From positions 62,288,788 to 62,352,787 of the forward strand of contig CM120640.1 in assembly GCA_051362555.1 (NCBI GenBank): a DNA stretch of 64,000 bases, written 5' to 3'. Numbering within the stretch: the stretch's first letter is position 1; each line of letters begins with the position of its first letter. Source of the DNA: Lingula anatina (lineage: Eukaryota > Animalia > Brachiopoda). Both the position numbers and the translations under genes were made by a program. The notes under the pieces are model-generated. The model worked only from the letters and a program-made list of their open reading frames with translations. It did not search any database and was not told where the DNA came from. Shown here piece by piece: positions 26,101 to 41,100 of the stretch.

Positions 26101-29100
26101 GAGTTTGATGCCAACGTGGCCCAATGATGGTATGTTGTTTCTTACTCATTAGTGTCTATTCATATGATTATCTCATTTAATTATAGCACTGCAGTTGAAT
26201 GTGGGGTGATTTGACAGAACATCCACATATTTAAGCCCTATAATTTATGCTTAAAGCAGGAACAGCGTGACTGTAATAATAGTGTTGTACATTCATCATG
26301 TTTTACCAGCATTGGATATGTAATGAAAGAGTTATACATGTATAGACACATTTGATGGGTGTGGCTAACACGTATGTTCAATTGGGATCTGTGCAGTTGG
26401 AAGTTTGTTTAGACCCAAAAAACACACAGTGGCAGGAAATTGAGAGTTTTGTGTAAATAGAGAACCCCATCTTGTACCTAGTTTCTTTTACATTTACTTG
26501 GAAAGACTGAAGCACTTACTGAAAGCCTGTCTATTCATGATCAAAGGCTGCTGTTCAGAGAAAACCTTTAAGGTTTCTTTTAACCCCAAACGTCAATAAT
26601 TTCTCATACTGATAATCTCTTCTAGATCAATTGAAAGTGCAAAAAAATAGTCTGGGAGGAAGTCTTGGCATGCATTTGAAAAACGTAAAATGTGTAACCG
26701 TATCTACTGGTCACTGGTCTGCATCTCCTGCTGGCAGAGTCTGAAGTGTTCAGTATTCATGTGGTTACATTTTTCCCTTGTGGCACACAGCAAATTCCAG
26801 CTGTGAAAAGGATGCACATGTGAGACTACAATGCTTCTCAAGATAACTGTGTTTATGGTACTCAAATCAATAGTGCATTGTATGTGTACACTTCCAAACA
26901 TTGTGAAGTCAACAGTGTTCAATTTAGAAAATAAGGATAAAAGCTATGTTTGTCTTAGTAGTAGTTCTGTTTTTTAATTATCATCATTAATGTGCCTAGA
27001 ACATAAAGTCAGACTTTCCCATTCCCTTTTTCTTTTTCAAGATGAAATGATCATTAATCACAGTGCAGAATTTCTAATTGTAAATCCTGCTCTTTTGGTT
27101 TTTAAAATTTACATGCCTAGACTTATGCTGGTTCTCAGTTTCCAGAAATTTGAATGAAAGCCCCTATTTTAAGCTGATGGTTTGAGTTATTATATCTTCC
27201 CCATGGTGCAGGTGCTACAATAATACAGATGGGAAATTTTGCTGATGTGGTTTGAATCCAGGTATTATAATTCATCCCTTTCCTGATTAGAGTGTTATTC
27301 TGTGTCTCTGGCAGCTGATTGAAAAATGAAACAATTACAGAATGGATAGATTTCCTGAGAGAATAAAAAATGATGAAACCGAATGAGCTGCTGCGTAATG
27401 TGAGGTCTGGTGATGTGAGCTCATTATAGAGATGAAATTTAATTTCAGTTTCAATTTTATTAGCTATGTAAATCATGAAAAGTGATAACAGCTATTCATA
27501 AATTAAAGTGTTTTTTTTCTCCAAATTATAAGTTCTCCAAATGCCTGGTTTTTGAGAAGGCTGAACAATTCATGTGTGGCATAGATGACATGGACATGTT
27601 ATGGGGGACATCTTGCCTTCTAAAGCCACATGAAATATTTATTCAAATGTAATATTCATGGTGGCACAGTGTAGTATGACTTGTTATCCCGTATTACGTA
27701 GGCATCCACCCAAGTTCTTTGTTGGGTAATATGTTCATATTGTTATGGATAACAAGTGTGGACTGAGAATGAGCAGCACATTTTCTTTCTTTCATATCTT
27801 TCTATAACATTTGGATTGAAGGTGGTAGGGGAGTGGTGGAAATATTTGTTCTCTGCTTTTAATGTAAAGCGAGGAAAACAAAGGTGTTTTGTTGCTGGAG
27901 GTTGGTAAACTGTACTCGGGTAAAACAGGAGTCAAAGGCTTCAAGTTTCAGAGCCTGTTATTTAATAAAAGAGCAGATATATCTGCACAAAATGGTTGGG
28001 AATTTACCAATGGTATATGTGAGTGAAATGAAAAATCATATGTAAATGGAAAGAAGAACAATTTTACATGATAGATAAGGTCAATTTAAATTGTAAATAT
28101 CCTAGTCCTGCCACATTTCCTCATAAAGAAGGATCATTTACTGCAGAATAAAACACATCATCTGAAGCAGCCACTTGTTCGACACAACATTAGACATCCA
28201 TTTTGCATAAGTCCAGACTTGTAACCACGGTATAGTAAACTTTCTGTGCCTGAACACGAAAATTATGAACCTCTTGGAGGCGGGCACCAAGCTATATATC
28301 ACATAGCTTCATTACTGGGACCTCCCTGCTTCCCTGCAGCCTGCAACTATGAAGTGGTCATTTAAAAGATGGACATCTCTGCTTTGACAATGGGCAGTTT
28401 GGGGACAAATTATGGCCTGCTGGCTATCAGATGGAGAAGATAGGAGATGTTCTGTGAAGAAGGGAATTACAGAGATAGGAACATGGTGTGAAGAGATGGA
28501 CACCTCATTTGATATGGACAGTCAGGAAATGATGACTCTTACGCTGGAATTTTGTTCTTTTTGATACGGTGATAAAGGGCAAGGGAGATGTTTTCTTTTG
28601 TCATGATTTATGAAAGTATTACCTTTCCTTGTTGCTCAAGCTGTAATAAAAGTAACAGCATACTATAATACAAATACATAAATATCTGAAATAATTCCCC
28701 CCCCCCCACCCCATATTCTTAATTTTCCAACAGACTCCTGAAAATTGAAATAACAACACTGAATTATTGTGTAAACAATTCTTTTTACTAACCTAGGGTG
28801 GCCTGATAGTGTATCCAGTTTCAGAAAAAAATATTTCTCATTTACTTTATACATAAAAAAAATAAGTAAAAGTATACAGGCAATTTTCTTAATGGAATTT
28901 CTGTGCCCTTGGGATATGTTAAGCTGAATAAGAAAAATTATTGGGTGAATTTTTCACATGGCCAGGTAAAGCATTGAGTGGATTGTATTATAATTGCAGT
29001 GAAGTATGATGGCATGCTGGGTAACATTATCAGTATTTAGAGGTGAACTCCCTTTTCCATACAATATTGCCAGATTGCATGAATATTATGCTTCACTAGA

Positions 29101-32100
29101 ATTGGGACACAGAAGTGGACGTAAGATAACATGTCCTAGTGGTGCAGATATAATGTAAAATGTTTTATTTAAATGATAGAAGAATTTTTGATATTCAGAC
29201 ATTTTACTATGTTGTATACTTCTCTTTATTATAAAACATATGAAGTATTGGGCAGGATTTAATAGGTTGGTTTTGACATACTTTAAACTTTTGGAACACA
29301 AGATTGAAATGAGCAATTTGTTTAAATAAAAGTCTAACAATTACTTGACGTGGGTTTTCCTCACAAGAAGTGGAATAAATATCAAATGATATTCTCAGTG
29401 AGATAAAAGTGGAAATGTACTTGATGGTCTAGGATGACAAGTTAAGGTATTGAGGTCTAGGTTTATTTATAAAATATAAAACCATAGTGTGCATGCATGC
29501 CCCTGGAAACCCCTGCAAAGAGTTTTTTTCTTCATAGCATTGGGATAGAATTGAGAGCTTTTAAATTAAGAATCCCCTCTGAACAGAAGGAATGTGGTGT
29601 TGTGTGCTGCGACTTTGTATATGTGACCTCAGCAGGTGAAGCTGTTTGGGAATTTTAATGGAGTGGAGGTTAGAATTTAAAACTGCAGATTTTCATGTCG
29701 ACACCAGGCTTTTATTAAATGTTAATTTTTTCTGTATGTGCCTAGATTTTGAAATGAAGTAATAAAGTGGAAGGCAAATTGGACTGTTCATGTGAAGTGA
29801 CAGGCGGTCCAGGGGATTAATTATGCTTTTTATAAGGAAGAGGAGATTAAAAACACCTCATAATGTTTTCGTATTTGAATTATTTTTTTTAACATTGAAA
29901 AGAAAATGAAAAAATCAATTTATTCAAGGGATAATAAATTGCATACTCTTACCTGTGTAGTTAACATTCAAACTTACAGTTTCAGTTTGTGAAAAAATCC
30001 TGATCATTGATTACACACGTGTCACATGATGTGAATACAAAAATGAAAATTTCACCATTTTAACAATTCATGAATTATCAAATTAATCAGCATCTTTCTG
30101 TTTCATATTGGGAGAGCGAATTATGTCACGTTTTTATAAATTCATACCTTTGGCCTCTAAATTAAGTTTGGTAAAAGGTTGTACCTAATATTTGAAGATG
30201 CTTTTTAAATGTGATTCAACCCATGTATAATTTTTGAGTAATTATTACAAAGGGGATAATACAGCAGCCGGTTCAATAATGGTGCAAGCATAATAAGAAC
30301 AATTAAATTATTTGCGTGCAGTACTGTTTCAGTCTGTTACACAACTCCAGCACATTGTTGGTGTGGCACATGATAGATTGGATGGGAGATGGTTCTTATT
30401 TCCAATCAATATTTAGCAGCTGGCATGTATCCTCTGAAGATACTCAGTAACAGATCTTCAAAGTGAAACAATAACACAATCTATTTTAACTGTACCAGAC
30501 CACCCAGAGCAGTGGGCAGAGAGTTATTCTTTTCTTAAAGAGTTTTCTTTTGTTTTGATGGAATATTTAGGGCATTTGACAATGGTTAAGAAACTGGGCA
30601 GAGGCATATCTGACCCATGCAGCATTTTGTAGATATTTCAAAATGTATTTTGATAATCATTGCTCTTATTGATATTTTATTCTGAAGATTTCAGTTGATT
30701 CAACTGATTTATTACAGTATTGAACAACATTATAAATTTGCCATGTTTTAAGTGTCACTTTGAATTGTTCTTTAAAACATAGAGCTTCACCCTTATTACT
30801 GAAGAGTTAAACCCACCTCACAGGGATTCTCACACATTTTCTAGTTTTTTATAACATCACACAGTGCTAAAAGTCTTCTTTTAGATGGACAATTTCCATT
30901 TGTGAAGCATTTACTTTTATAACTAACCAATTTTTTTTTGTTTTCTCCTTGTAGATGAAGACATCAGTTTGCTACGGGACTTCTCTCAGTTGATGCATGG
31001 AACAGTTGCCACAGTGCGCCACAGAGAACCCAAACCTTGGAAGCCAGGTATGACCTAGGGTAGTCTTCACAACTGAACTAACTTGGGCCATTAATATTCT
31101 AACTGGTGTCACCAGACAGCCAGATTACACCAGGATGCCATTTTCATTTAGATGCTGGTGAATTTGGTTAGATGATTTAAGTGTAATTTAACCTAGTTCT
31201 TAACATGGTTTATAACGGTTGCTGTATCCCAGGGTTTAGAAGGACAATCTGGTTTAAACCATGTGACTTCCTCTCAGTCTGTTTACTCAAGTGTGTGCAT
31301 GAACATGAGAGTACAAGCATGCATGCACATAGTATAGTGCACATTCATACACTTACACTTGGGTACAGAGCAGTTACACCAAGGCAGAGTGACTTATACA
31401 CACATACAACATTGTTAGTAAAGACAGTATCAGCTCTGGATGGATGACTTTGTTTGTGACAGAGTTTGACAGTAATTGACTGTTAGAGGAGAGTCGTAAC
31501 ACCTTTTGCCCCAGACTTATACTGGAGGTAGCCTTTTTATGCCCATCATTACTGATTTTTTTATAACTTAGATGACAAGTGTCACTGTTACCAGTTTGGA
31601 AGACAAATGATCTCAGCAGCCGTGGGATATTTGTTGTTAAGATAAAGATAAAACAAAGTCAAACAAAACTGTTTGCTTTTGAATTGAAGAAAGTGTAACA
31701 TTATTGTAGTCATATGTTTGATCTTAGATGGGGAGCAAATAGATAGCTAGCTATGCACCCTGGTTGTATTTTTTAGTTGAGAAGGTTTCATATTTATCAT
31801 TGGAAACCTCCTCAAGATAGTGAATAACTGTTTATTGAGTCTTTTTGATACAGAAAGGAAGTCTGGGCAATTTGCTTGTGACCAGCAACCCTTTCAAACT
31901 CCTCCATACAGCCTTGAATGTCAAATTTGATAAATGTTTCCTGCATGTCTTGTTTAGATGCGCCTGGGATCCAGGAAGAGGGAGACATCGATGATGACTT
32001 TCTCCAGAGGCGGCACTACAGTGACAGCCAGTACATGAGCAGTGCGTGTGGCAGCTCAGGGGGGTACCCAGGGTCCACTGTACAACACTACAGTACAGGC

Positions 32101-35100
32101 AGTACTGGGGAACACATGGTGCCAGGAGCTAGTACGCACCAGAGGTTCCCCTCAGTTGGTGACCCCCCAGGGTACAGTCCAAGGCAAAAGATACTAGGTA
32201 AGAGGAAAATAATCTAGGGAGGCATTTGTTAGATCTTCATTATGTGTCATTATTTTTTTTCATAAATTTTGAGGTTTCTTAACACTTTTCTGGTTGTTCA
32301 TAAAATCCCCAGTGTTAATGATTCTCAAGTGGTATCATAAATCAGAGCTTTGTTTTAATGGCATGTTTTAATAGCAGCTGATAACAAGAAAAAGTACCTG
32401 GGAACAAAATGATAAATCTAGAGTGTGGTCAGGAAACAAAGCAAAGGAGATATATGAGGGGATAACATACCTTGATGATAAGTTTGTTTTCATTATGCTG
32501 CCTTTTTTGCTATCCTGGAGACATCAATTTAACATGTTTGTTTCATGACAATGTCTTGGAGCAATTGGACTGTCATATTGACATTTATGTTTAATTTTTT
32601 TGTTGACAACTGATGGTGTTTGGAACTAACTTACCCCTTTTTGCAAGCCACACAATAATGTAAGGGTAAATATGGTTCAATTTTGATAAAACTAGGAAGT
32701 GACAAAGCTGCTGGCTAAATATGTTCAGTACATTTTACTCGCTTTTTTTTCTTGAACTGTCAAAAAGTGGCAAGATGAGCTTGTACAGGTGGGACAGAGT
32801 GCAAATAATTAAATTGATGTTTTTATTGCCCAGTGAGGAGAGGTACAACTTTCTGTCATAATAAAGAGTTCTTTCTGGTAAAACCCGATTCTTCCGTTGC
32901 GGTAGGGCAGATTTTAAATAGGTTTGTCAACTTGTGGGAATACATGAATAAAAAGATGATGCCTTTTTATTAACCTTTATTTCATCCCAGACCTTTATTT
33001 CATCCTAGACCCCTAAGGGTATAGCAGAGAGATTAAAGAAGATTCTTACTCTTTTTGTCTAGAATGACAGATAGTATCCTAGGGTGCAATGGAATAACAG
33101 AGGAAGGAAAGGGTTGTTTGAAATTGAATGCTGTTGCTGTATGTTTTATGAATGAAGAGTATACCAGAGTAAAATTGAAGAAAAGACATTCACTGCTAAA
33201 GCAATTCTTAAAACATGTTGAGAAAAATGGAGAAGAAAACAACTTGGGGCTTTGAAAAGTTGCAGAGCTTTTCAAATAAATTTGTCGAATATGTTTGTAT
33301 ATTAATTTGAATGCCAACAACAAATTTCAAACACTATAATCCCTGTCTTAAGAGATGTTATTGTATGATGTAAGAGATGTGTGTGTGCTTACATGTGTTG
33401 GAGGTGGTATGCTTCATAATATACACTATAACTGGATGAACATTCACCTGCCAAATGCAAGGAGAAAAAAATCCATTTGATTGCTGCACCAAAATCACAT
33501 TTCTGGGCTCCCATTCATCTTTCATTCTCAGTATTTACTTTTTACAAGAGAAATCCAGCACCATATTACCACAAACCATGCCCTCCTGTACCCTGTGTCT
33601 CAGCACTGACCAATCCCTGGCGCCAGGTCCACATTAAGACTCCAAATGTTCAAGGCTTTTGGCATCAGCTCTAGCAGTTAATGATGATAATGTTTCCAGC
33701 TTCAGCTGGTGATATCAACATAACTCAAGTTATCTGGTGCACTGTGGTGTACATAGATGATCTTGTAGACAGGACATGTAGTAGTTGTTGCCAGTAAAGG
33801 GAATGTAACACTTGCCAATACAGATCTGTTGTTACATTGATGCTGATGTTGAGTTGACAAGTTGTTGGTGAACAGCAATAATGTACAGGTTGTCAGTGTT
33901 ATGGAGTAGTGCAGGTATGTTCTAAGGTTGCTTGTATTTTTTGATAGAAAAAGAGAGCATTAGATAGAACAGTTTGCAAATTAGTATTAGCAATTCCATC
34001 CCCCCCCCCCCCAAAAAAAAAAAAAAAAAAAAAAAAAACGATAATAATAATAATTCATCTGTTACAATGATGACAGTGCTTAAATTTTCGGTTTGAAATA
34101 AAGAAAATAGTTGGTAGTAGTTTGAGAATTGCTTTATTTCACATGGCTCAGTCTGACTTTTTTAAAGCTGATGTGGTGCATGATACATAGCCTACAGACT
34201 TTTGATAACCCAGCAAAATATGCAGCAAATGAATCTGACATTTTTCGCTGTTAAATACAATCTGATAACTAGGTGCCGAGCAACAATTTCAGCCTCCGTT
34301 AGGGAAGATTAGACTAAGTAAATGCGTTTTTCATAGGCTCTGTTTGTTGTACTAGGTAATCTTTTGCACATTTACATGTACTTAATGTGAAAAAACATGA
34401 TGTCCCATCATGTGACCGTGTTACTGTTATCAGGCTTGTCTTGTATAGTAAGTAGTTCAGTCTAGGAGGAAAAAAAAACTGCTGTAGCCTTTGGTCATCA
34501 ATTTTGATAAGATCTACAAAAGGTTAAGGCCTGTTGTGTAGCAGCACATAATCATAGCCTGCTGCTGGCCCTGTGTTCCCCATACCAAACCCAACCCCCT
34601 TTGCCCTCCCACTCTTGTCACGCTGTGATGCTAAAGAACATGCAATAGGGGAAAAAATGCCCCATTGTCTCCCGCCTGGAGATACTTATCTCAAATTTAG
34701 CTGAGACTTTTACATTTTGGATTTCTGTCATAGAATGCCATTATGTTATTTGATGAGGGTAAGTCCATGAAATTAAGGTGAAATTAATTGTTTATTATCT
34801 ATATGTTCACTTGGGTTATGTTTTTGATTTGTAATATTTTTGTGATAAGATTTGGGAAGTTCAACATGAAGTTGCATGTAATGTCTACATTCCCACTCAT
34901 AGTTGCGTAGTTGTCTCTCATGAAACAGACATGCAATTGATTGAAATGGGATAACATATTTTAGACCTCAATAATCTGAAAATGGTTGCCTCTGCAATGT
35001 TGTATTGAGTTTTGAAGTATTAAACTAACCACAGATTACATCAAAGTGAAATAAACCAGAACGCCGTGCATTTTCTATTTCTTTGAAATTGAATGTACCA

Positions 35101-38100
35101 GCAGAACTATTGAAGCAGACGCTATTGGTTTTGTTTGTGGTGACAGTTTTTGCTGGGAACTGTTTGCATTCAACTTGATTGCCCCAAATATGGCGGATCT
35201 TGCCATTTCTTCATTGTCATCTGACTCTTTAAAGAATATATTGTAACAATATACACTTGTAACAATATATTCAAATATTTTTCAATCATGTCATTAGCCA
35301 AATATGCTCTAAAAATCTGCTTGTACTATAATATGCTGTACTTACATGATTCAGCACTTGAGATACTTCAGTGATCAGGATTTTAATTTTTTATCATTGG
35401 TTATATGGAATCTTTTTTAGATTACTTACATGTGCATAGAAAGATCATAGCCTAGGATAAGTAGAACTTATAATAGACATGAATTCTTACATGGAGGTGT
35501 TCCCAAGTATATGTAACAATAGAAAACCAAATAACCCCAGTTACAGTGGCTGAAGACAGGAGAGGGATAAGAATGACTCTCTGTGGTTAGAAATGGCCTC
35601 GCATAGTCTGCAGATATGGTAGGTAGCAAGTTAGGCCATTGCAATCTGATTGGGAATGTTTCCAAGCATGTTTCATTGCTGTAGTTGAGCAATGCACTTG
35701 ATAAACCACAGGGCTGACCACAGTGGAGCCATAATTACCTCTTCTTTATGGGCAAGTTATGTTTTATTCTTTGACTTAATGTTATTATCAGCAGGATGAG
35801 TCAGAAAATATCCTGAAAATGCCTGTTAAAACCTCCCCTTTATGCTCAAAATGTGATATTTATGATGCTACTCTGCATGAACATCTACACAGTCCAGTAT
35901 ATGAACCAAGAAAATGTGTTAATTTATACTGTAAATCAGCATGTTAGAAACAATATCTTTAGGAAGATGTTATCTAAAAGATGTCATAAAGGTAGAAGGG
36001 ATGGCTAAGATGCAGTGCCCCCAGCTCCAGGCAGTATATGTGTGGCCAAATCTGCTGAGTGTGTGTAAGGTGCCATAGATTTGATACTACAGATATGAGG
36101 ATATTCCTTAATCTGTGTCTAGACTTGGAGACTGATGTGCAATGTAAATTGTTTCACTTTGGATAGACAAATCTTTTTGAGTCAAACGAGATTATTTGCA
36201 ATGATTTTGACAATTTTTTTAAAAAGCAATTTGACACATTTTAAAAACAGTTTATTCCTTAATGTGGAATGTTGAGATAATTTTTATCATCAGTGTAGCA
36301 TTGACCTGAATCAAGGCTCTGTTGACTCTCAAATAATTTATCAAGTTCTGAGAACAAGTTGGCATGCAAGGAGATACCTGAACACATCAACAATCTGTCA
36401 TCTTGTTTTTGGAATAGATGAAGTTCTAAGAACAGGATTTCTCCAGTGTAACAAACACAAAAATTTGTGATTCTGCTATGTGCAGTTAACAAAATTTTCA
36501 AATATTTTGGACAAAGCAAGTTCTTTAGAAATTGATATTCAAATGAGTTAATCTGGAATTTACTTTCATTTACTACATATTGTTTTATTCATAAATTTAA
36601 TTGCTTAATGATGATACTTTCTGTCAGTACTGATTGCTTCTTTAACTGATACTGCATGGTTTCATATCTTCCTGCTTTTATTTTCAGAAGCCAACCTGAG
36701 GCGTCTACAGGACATACATGAAGGCATACAGCTTCTGAAACAGTTTAACCAAGGCCAGATGACAGGCCATGAGCAGGTAGGGGTTTCTAAAGTAACATTG
36801 TATGTGTTGTATTTGATACTGTTACAGTATACACTATACATGTACTACTGTTACAGTATGCCAGTTGGGGATAATGCTGTTACTGGTGACAGTGTCTGTA
36901 TACACCACTGGGCTACTGCTGCTATTGTTTAAACTTAAAGCATATTTCTGCCTCTGTATACACTTTTACTGTATATGCTACTACAGTTATAAGGTTACTG
37001 TGCGCACAAAATGTGTTATGTTCTCACTGTATACCGTGATAATTGCTGTTGCAGTTTGTATCTTTGGCATGCTGCTGCTTTTGAATCAGTGATTTAGAAT
37101 TGATATGCTCCTTGTACTTGCAGAAAACAGCATTATGATTGTCACACTAAAAGAAAAAGTGCATTAAAAAATATTAAGATGACAGGAAAGGAAAATAACA
37201 TCCGAACTAGTGTATACCTATTTTTGGAATAGATGTGGCACTATACAAACAATATGATAAATGAGTAATTTATTAGCCCGCCACCACATCTTGTAGATCC
37301 CTCCCCCACAGCTTAATACAGAGAGAAAAGCCCTCCTTTGTTCTGATTGTAGAAGAGCCCTAGTTTTAGACTTGTTGGAAACATTCAACTTAAATATGTG
37401 GAAAAATGCATTTCAACTTTCTGTGTTGACTTCAATATTTCAAAATATACTAATTTTAGAAATCTTAAAACTTGTGATGCAAAATTTCACTCTGTGATCT
37501 GTTTTTTTCTTGAGGGCGACTGTTGAATAAGAGTTATGGAGAGGGTAGATGATAAAATGGGATGTGAACATGAGAAAGTCGTGCTTACATGTTACTCTGC
37601 CTACTTGTGACTTGGATTACACACTCTTAACAGTACAGGTCGTGATAACAAGATAAATATAGCTGGGATGGTTAATATTTAGCTTTCTTTGTTGAATAAG
37701 GACAAGTTGATTACATTTCCTTATTGAAGTTACTCATTACAGTGTTTGCCAATATTTTTCATAGTGTAAATTTTGGATTTTTGAGGAAGATGTAGTTTTG
37801 ATGCACAAAATCAATTCATTTGCTTCAATTTAAAAGTTAAAATACTGTAAAGATTAAGTCTATTTTAGTTAGGCTGACTGAATCGAAAAGAAGTGTAATA
37901 TAAGTATGTATAGAGAAAAACAGATGTGTAAGATTTAAAAAGACTACAGATTTATAACACCTGGTGTAGAAGGTAAAATTCAAAACAGGAAAAAAACAAG
38001 GGAAAAGTTTTACAGGAACTCTTAATGATCACATGTTTTTAAAAAAGGGATGGGAAAGTTCATAAGGTAGGACAAAAGTGATTGCGAAAATATCTGACAC

Positions 38101-41100
38101 TGAACTCTTTAACATACAAGGTAGACGTCACATAAACACTCACACAAAAACTGGAGTACAGATATTTTGAAGGCATCCTAGCTAATTGTGGTCAAACCCT
38201 GCTGAAAATCTTTAACTCAGGTATCGTATTCCAATATACTATAAGAGAGAAGACACAGACACAAGACGTGGGTAACCACAGCAATATACACCACATTCAT
38301 ACTAACCTTGAATCTAAGACAGGAATGGGTGATTTGGTTCAATACTGGATAATCAGGAGTAAAAAAAAAATCAGACGGACAGAACAAGGAGAGAATCATG
38401 TTGAGTACTTATTATTGAGGGAATCAAAGTGCTAGTCATTGATATTCTGTATGGACAGATACTAGATGGATAGAGGTGGGAAGGGATAAGGACACCTCTA
38501 TTTGCCATGATAGTGATAAGGGGTTTCTGGGTAAAGGTGGATCTCTTTCCTGTGAGGTAATAAGTTATCCATCAACTGTCACATGCTCCTGGACGTGTGG
38601 AGCATGCTTACATAGAGGACAGACACTTTTCTATTTATTTGGCGGTGTAAAAGAATTGATTTTCAAAGAGTGGTATGAAACAGCTGAAAATGGTTAGGAA
38701 AAAGTTGAGAAAGAAGTTGAGGAAGAATTCCAGTACCAAAAAGATACATGCTAAGGTGAGTGCTGACATCTCCCCTGAATAGCTATGTGCAGTGCTGTCT
38801 GAAGGACTTGTTACTGAATACTGTGTGTTAAGGATATCATGATCCAGATAGATAACTTCATGATCAAGGATGAGAAAAGGTGGAGGGTTGTTCTGTGGTC
38901 AACCAGAACATAATTCAAATACTTAAAAAGATAAAGAAGATTGGACATGGCAACAGAACCTAATAGTCTTAAATTAGGAAACTACATGTAATTAATATTT
39001 GCTGTTCCAGTGTTAAATTTTTCTCTTTAAAGATGACATTGACAGAAGTATTAGACTGAAAAAAAAAAACTGATTATTTCATAGATTATGATGATAGTTT
39101 GGAGAACTTTTGCTGAGTATTCTACAAAATTACGCTTTGTCTTTACATAGATGAGGAGTGCATTGGTTTAGGACATATGGTGTAACCATGTGGAAATGTA
39201 ACATAAAGCATCCAGGTTACAAGTTAATTATCAATCTGGTGTCCCAAAAGAACCAGACTTATTGAATATACAGTGCTGTTTGCATAGATATTGGCTCAGA
39301 TGATTATCCATAATAGAAGTTTCAAGAAATAAGCATGTTTGTTTTTATGTACAGACACAGATGTGTCTGTACATATTGCCATCACCTGCGTCTGTCGTCG
39401 CCGTCGCCGTCATCGCTGTTGCCGTCGCCGTCGTCGCCGTGCACTTTCCTTGTAAACACGATAAGTGGAAGACAGTTTTACTTTTTGGCTTTATATTTAC
39501 AGAGCTGATGAATATTCATAAAATGCAGGTCAAGTTCGAAAATCAGCATGATCGGGCCATTATTGTAGAAGTTATGCTGTTTTTTAACTTTTCAGCATAT
39601 ATGCAACACTGTAAACACATTTCAACAAAAACCAATAGGCCTGTTGTCATGAAACTCACAGGAGCAATCAATCTTACTAAAACGCAGGTCAAGTTCGAAA
39701 ATCGGCATGATCGGGCCACTATTTTAGTAGTTATGCTTTTTTTTCACTTTTCAGCATATATGCAACACTGTAAACACAATATAAGAAAAACATATAGGCC
39801 AATTGTCATTAAACTCACAGGAGTGGTCATTCCTGCTAAAATGCAGGTTAAGTTCAAAAATCAGCATAATCGGGCCATTATTTTAGAAGTTATGCTGTTT
39901 TTTACATTTCCTTAGATTCAATTCTTAGGCATGTTAACAGTTTCATTATTTAATTAATAAGATATGTAAAAGTGTTTTTTTGACATTTCCTGCATCTTTA
40001 CAACATTGTTAGTTGATTTTGTAAAAATGATGTTAAACTTGTTATTGTATATTGTGTAATAAAGTTTCAAAAATGGAAATAAACTCATATCATTGCAGTT
40101 TGTCAGACTGAATCATTCACTATGTTCAGAATCTCAGAATGGAAGAAATTGGACATTTAACACTGCTCTATTGATATTTTTCCCATCTCATCAATTTTCT
40201 TAGTTGGTCATATAAAAATGGCAGTAAACTGTTAATTTTGTTTTATGTTAAAAATTGTTAAAAATGGAAATAAACCCATTTCAGAACAGTGCTGTCTTGT
40301 TTACATTTTGGCATTTTCAAGTTGTGACTTTGAAGTTCCATGGTCCTGAAGACCTAATTGCTAGTCACATTTTCTGAATATCCATGATACTAATATTTTA
40401 TTATTAAAAATTGATGGTTATTATGCTGTTAAAAATTATGTAATATTGCATCAAAATTTGAAAAAAAAACCTAATTTGGGCACTGCTCCCATTGTGACCA
40501 TTTAAGAAAAACCATGTCAATTACTGTTCTCAAACAGTACAGTAAATATATATAAATGTGTCTGTACATATTGCCATCACCTGCGTCTGTCGTCGCCATC
40601 ATCGCCGATGCCGGCGCCTTGCACTTTCATTGTAAACATGATAAGTGGAAGGCAGTTTTACTTTTGGGCTTTATATTTATAGAGCTGATGAATTTTCATA
40701 AAATGCAGGTCAAGTTCGAAAATCAGGATGATCGGGCCATTATTGTAGAAGTTATGCTTTTTTTTCACTTTTCAACATATATGCAACACTGTAAACACAT
40801 TTCAAGGAAAACCAATGGGCCTGTTGTCATGAAACTCTCAGGAGTAATCGATCTTACTAAAACGCAGGTCAAGTTCGAAAATCGACATGCAGCCTGAGTT
40901 GGAAAAGCAGTCTAATTGGCTTCTTTTTCTAGAAGTTATACATTTTCAAAGTGTGAACTTGAACTCCCATGGGCCTGAAGCCTTATGCTTGTTACACATT
41001 TAACTTACGTTGGTATTACCTGTTGAGCATAATTAAAATTTGATGTTGAATTTGCAGTTTAACATAATGTACTTTTGCGTCAGAATTGACAGTAGCCTTT

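Noticed and set aside
33477-33674. Pro/His/Cys-rich ORFs as an extra exon
   Set aside because: The frame that looks most protein-like has no phase-compatible acceptor, and the compatible frame (33549-33626) has a weak AAG acceptor and a poor gtccac donor.
39361-39915. 184-aa ORF with internal repeats, and its 113-aa paralogue at 40556-40897, as a novel repeat protein
   Set aside because: Both lie inside a non-autonomous HINE-like element; the repeats come from the 159-bp DNA unit and the VAVAV stretch from the microsatellite.
39521-40890. Recurring gcaggtcaagttcgaaaatc motif as a CRISPR-like array
   Set aside because: The intervening sequences are homologous to each other, so this is a tandem repeat; the context is eukaryotic and there are no cas genes.
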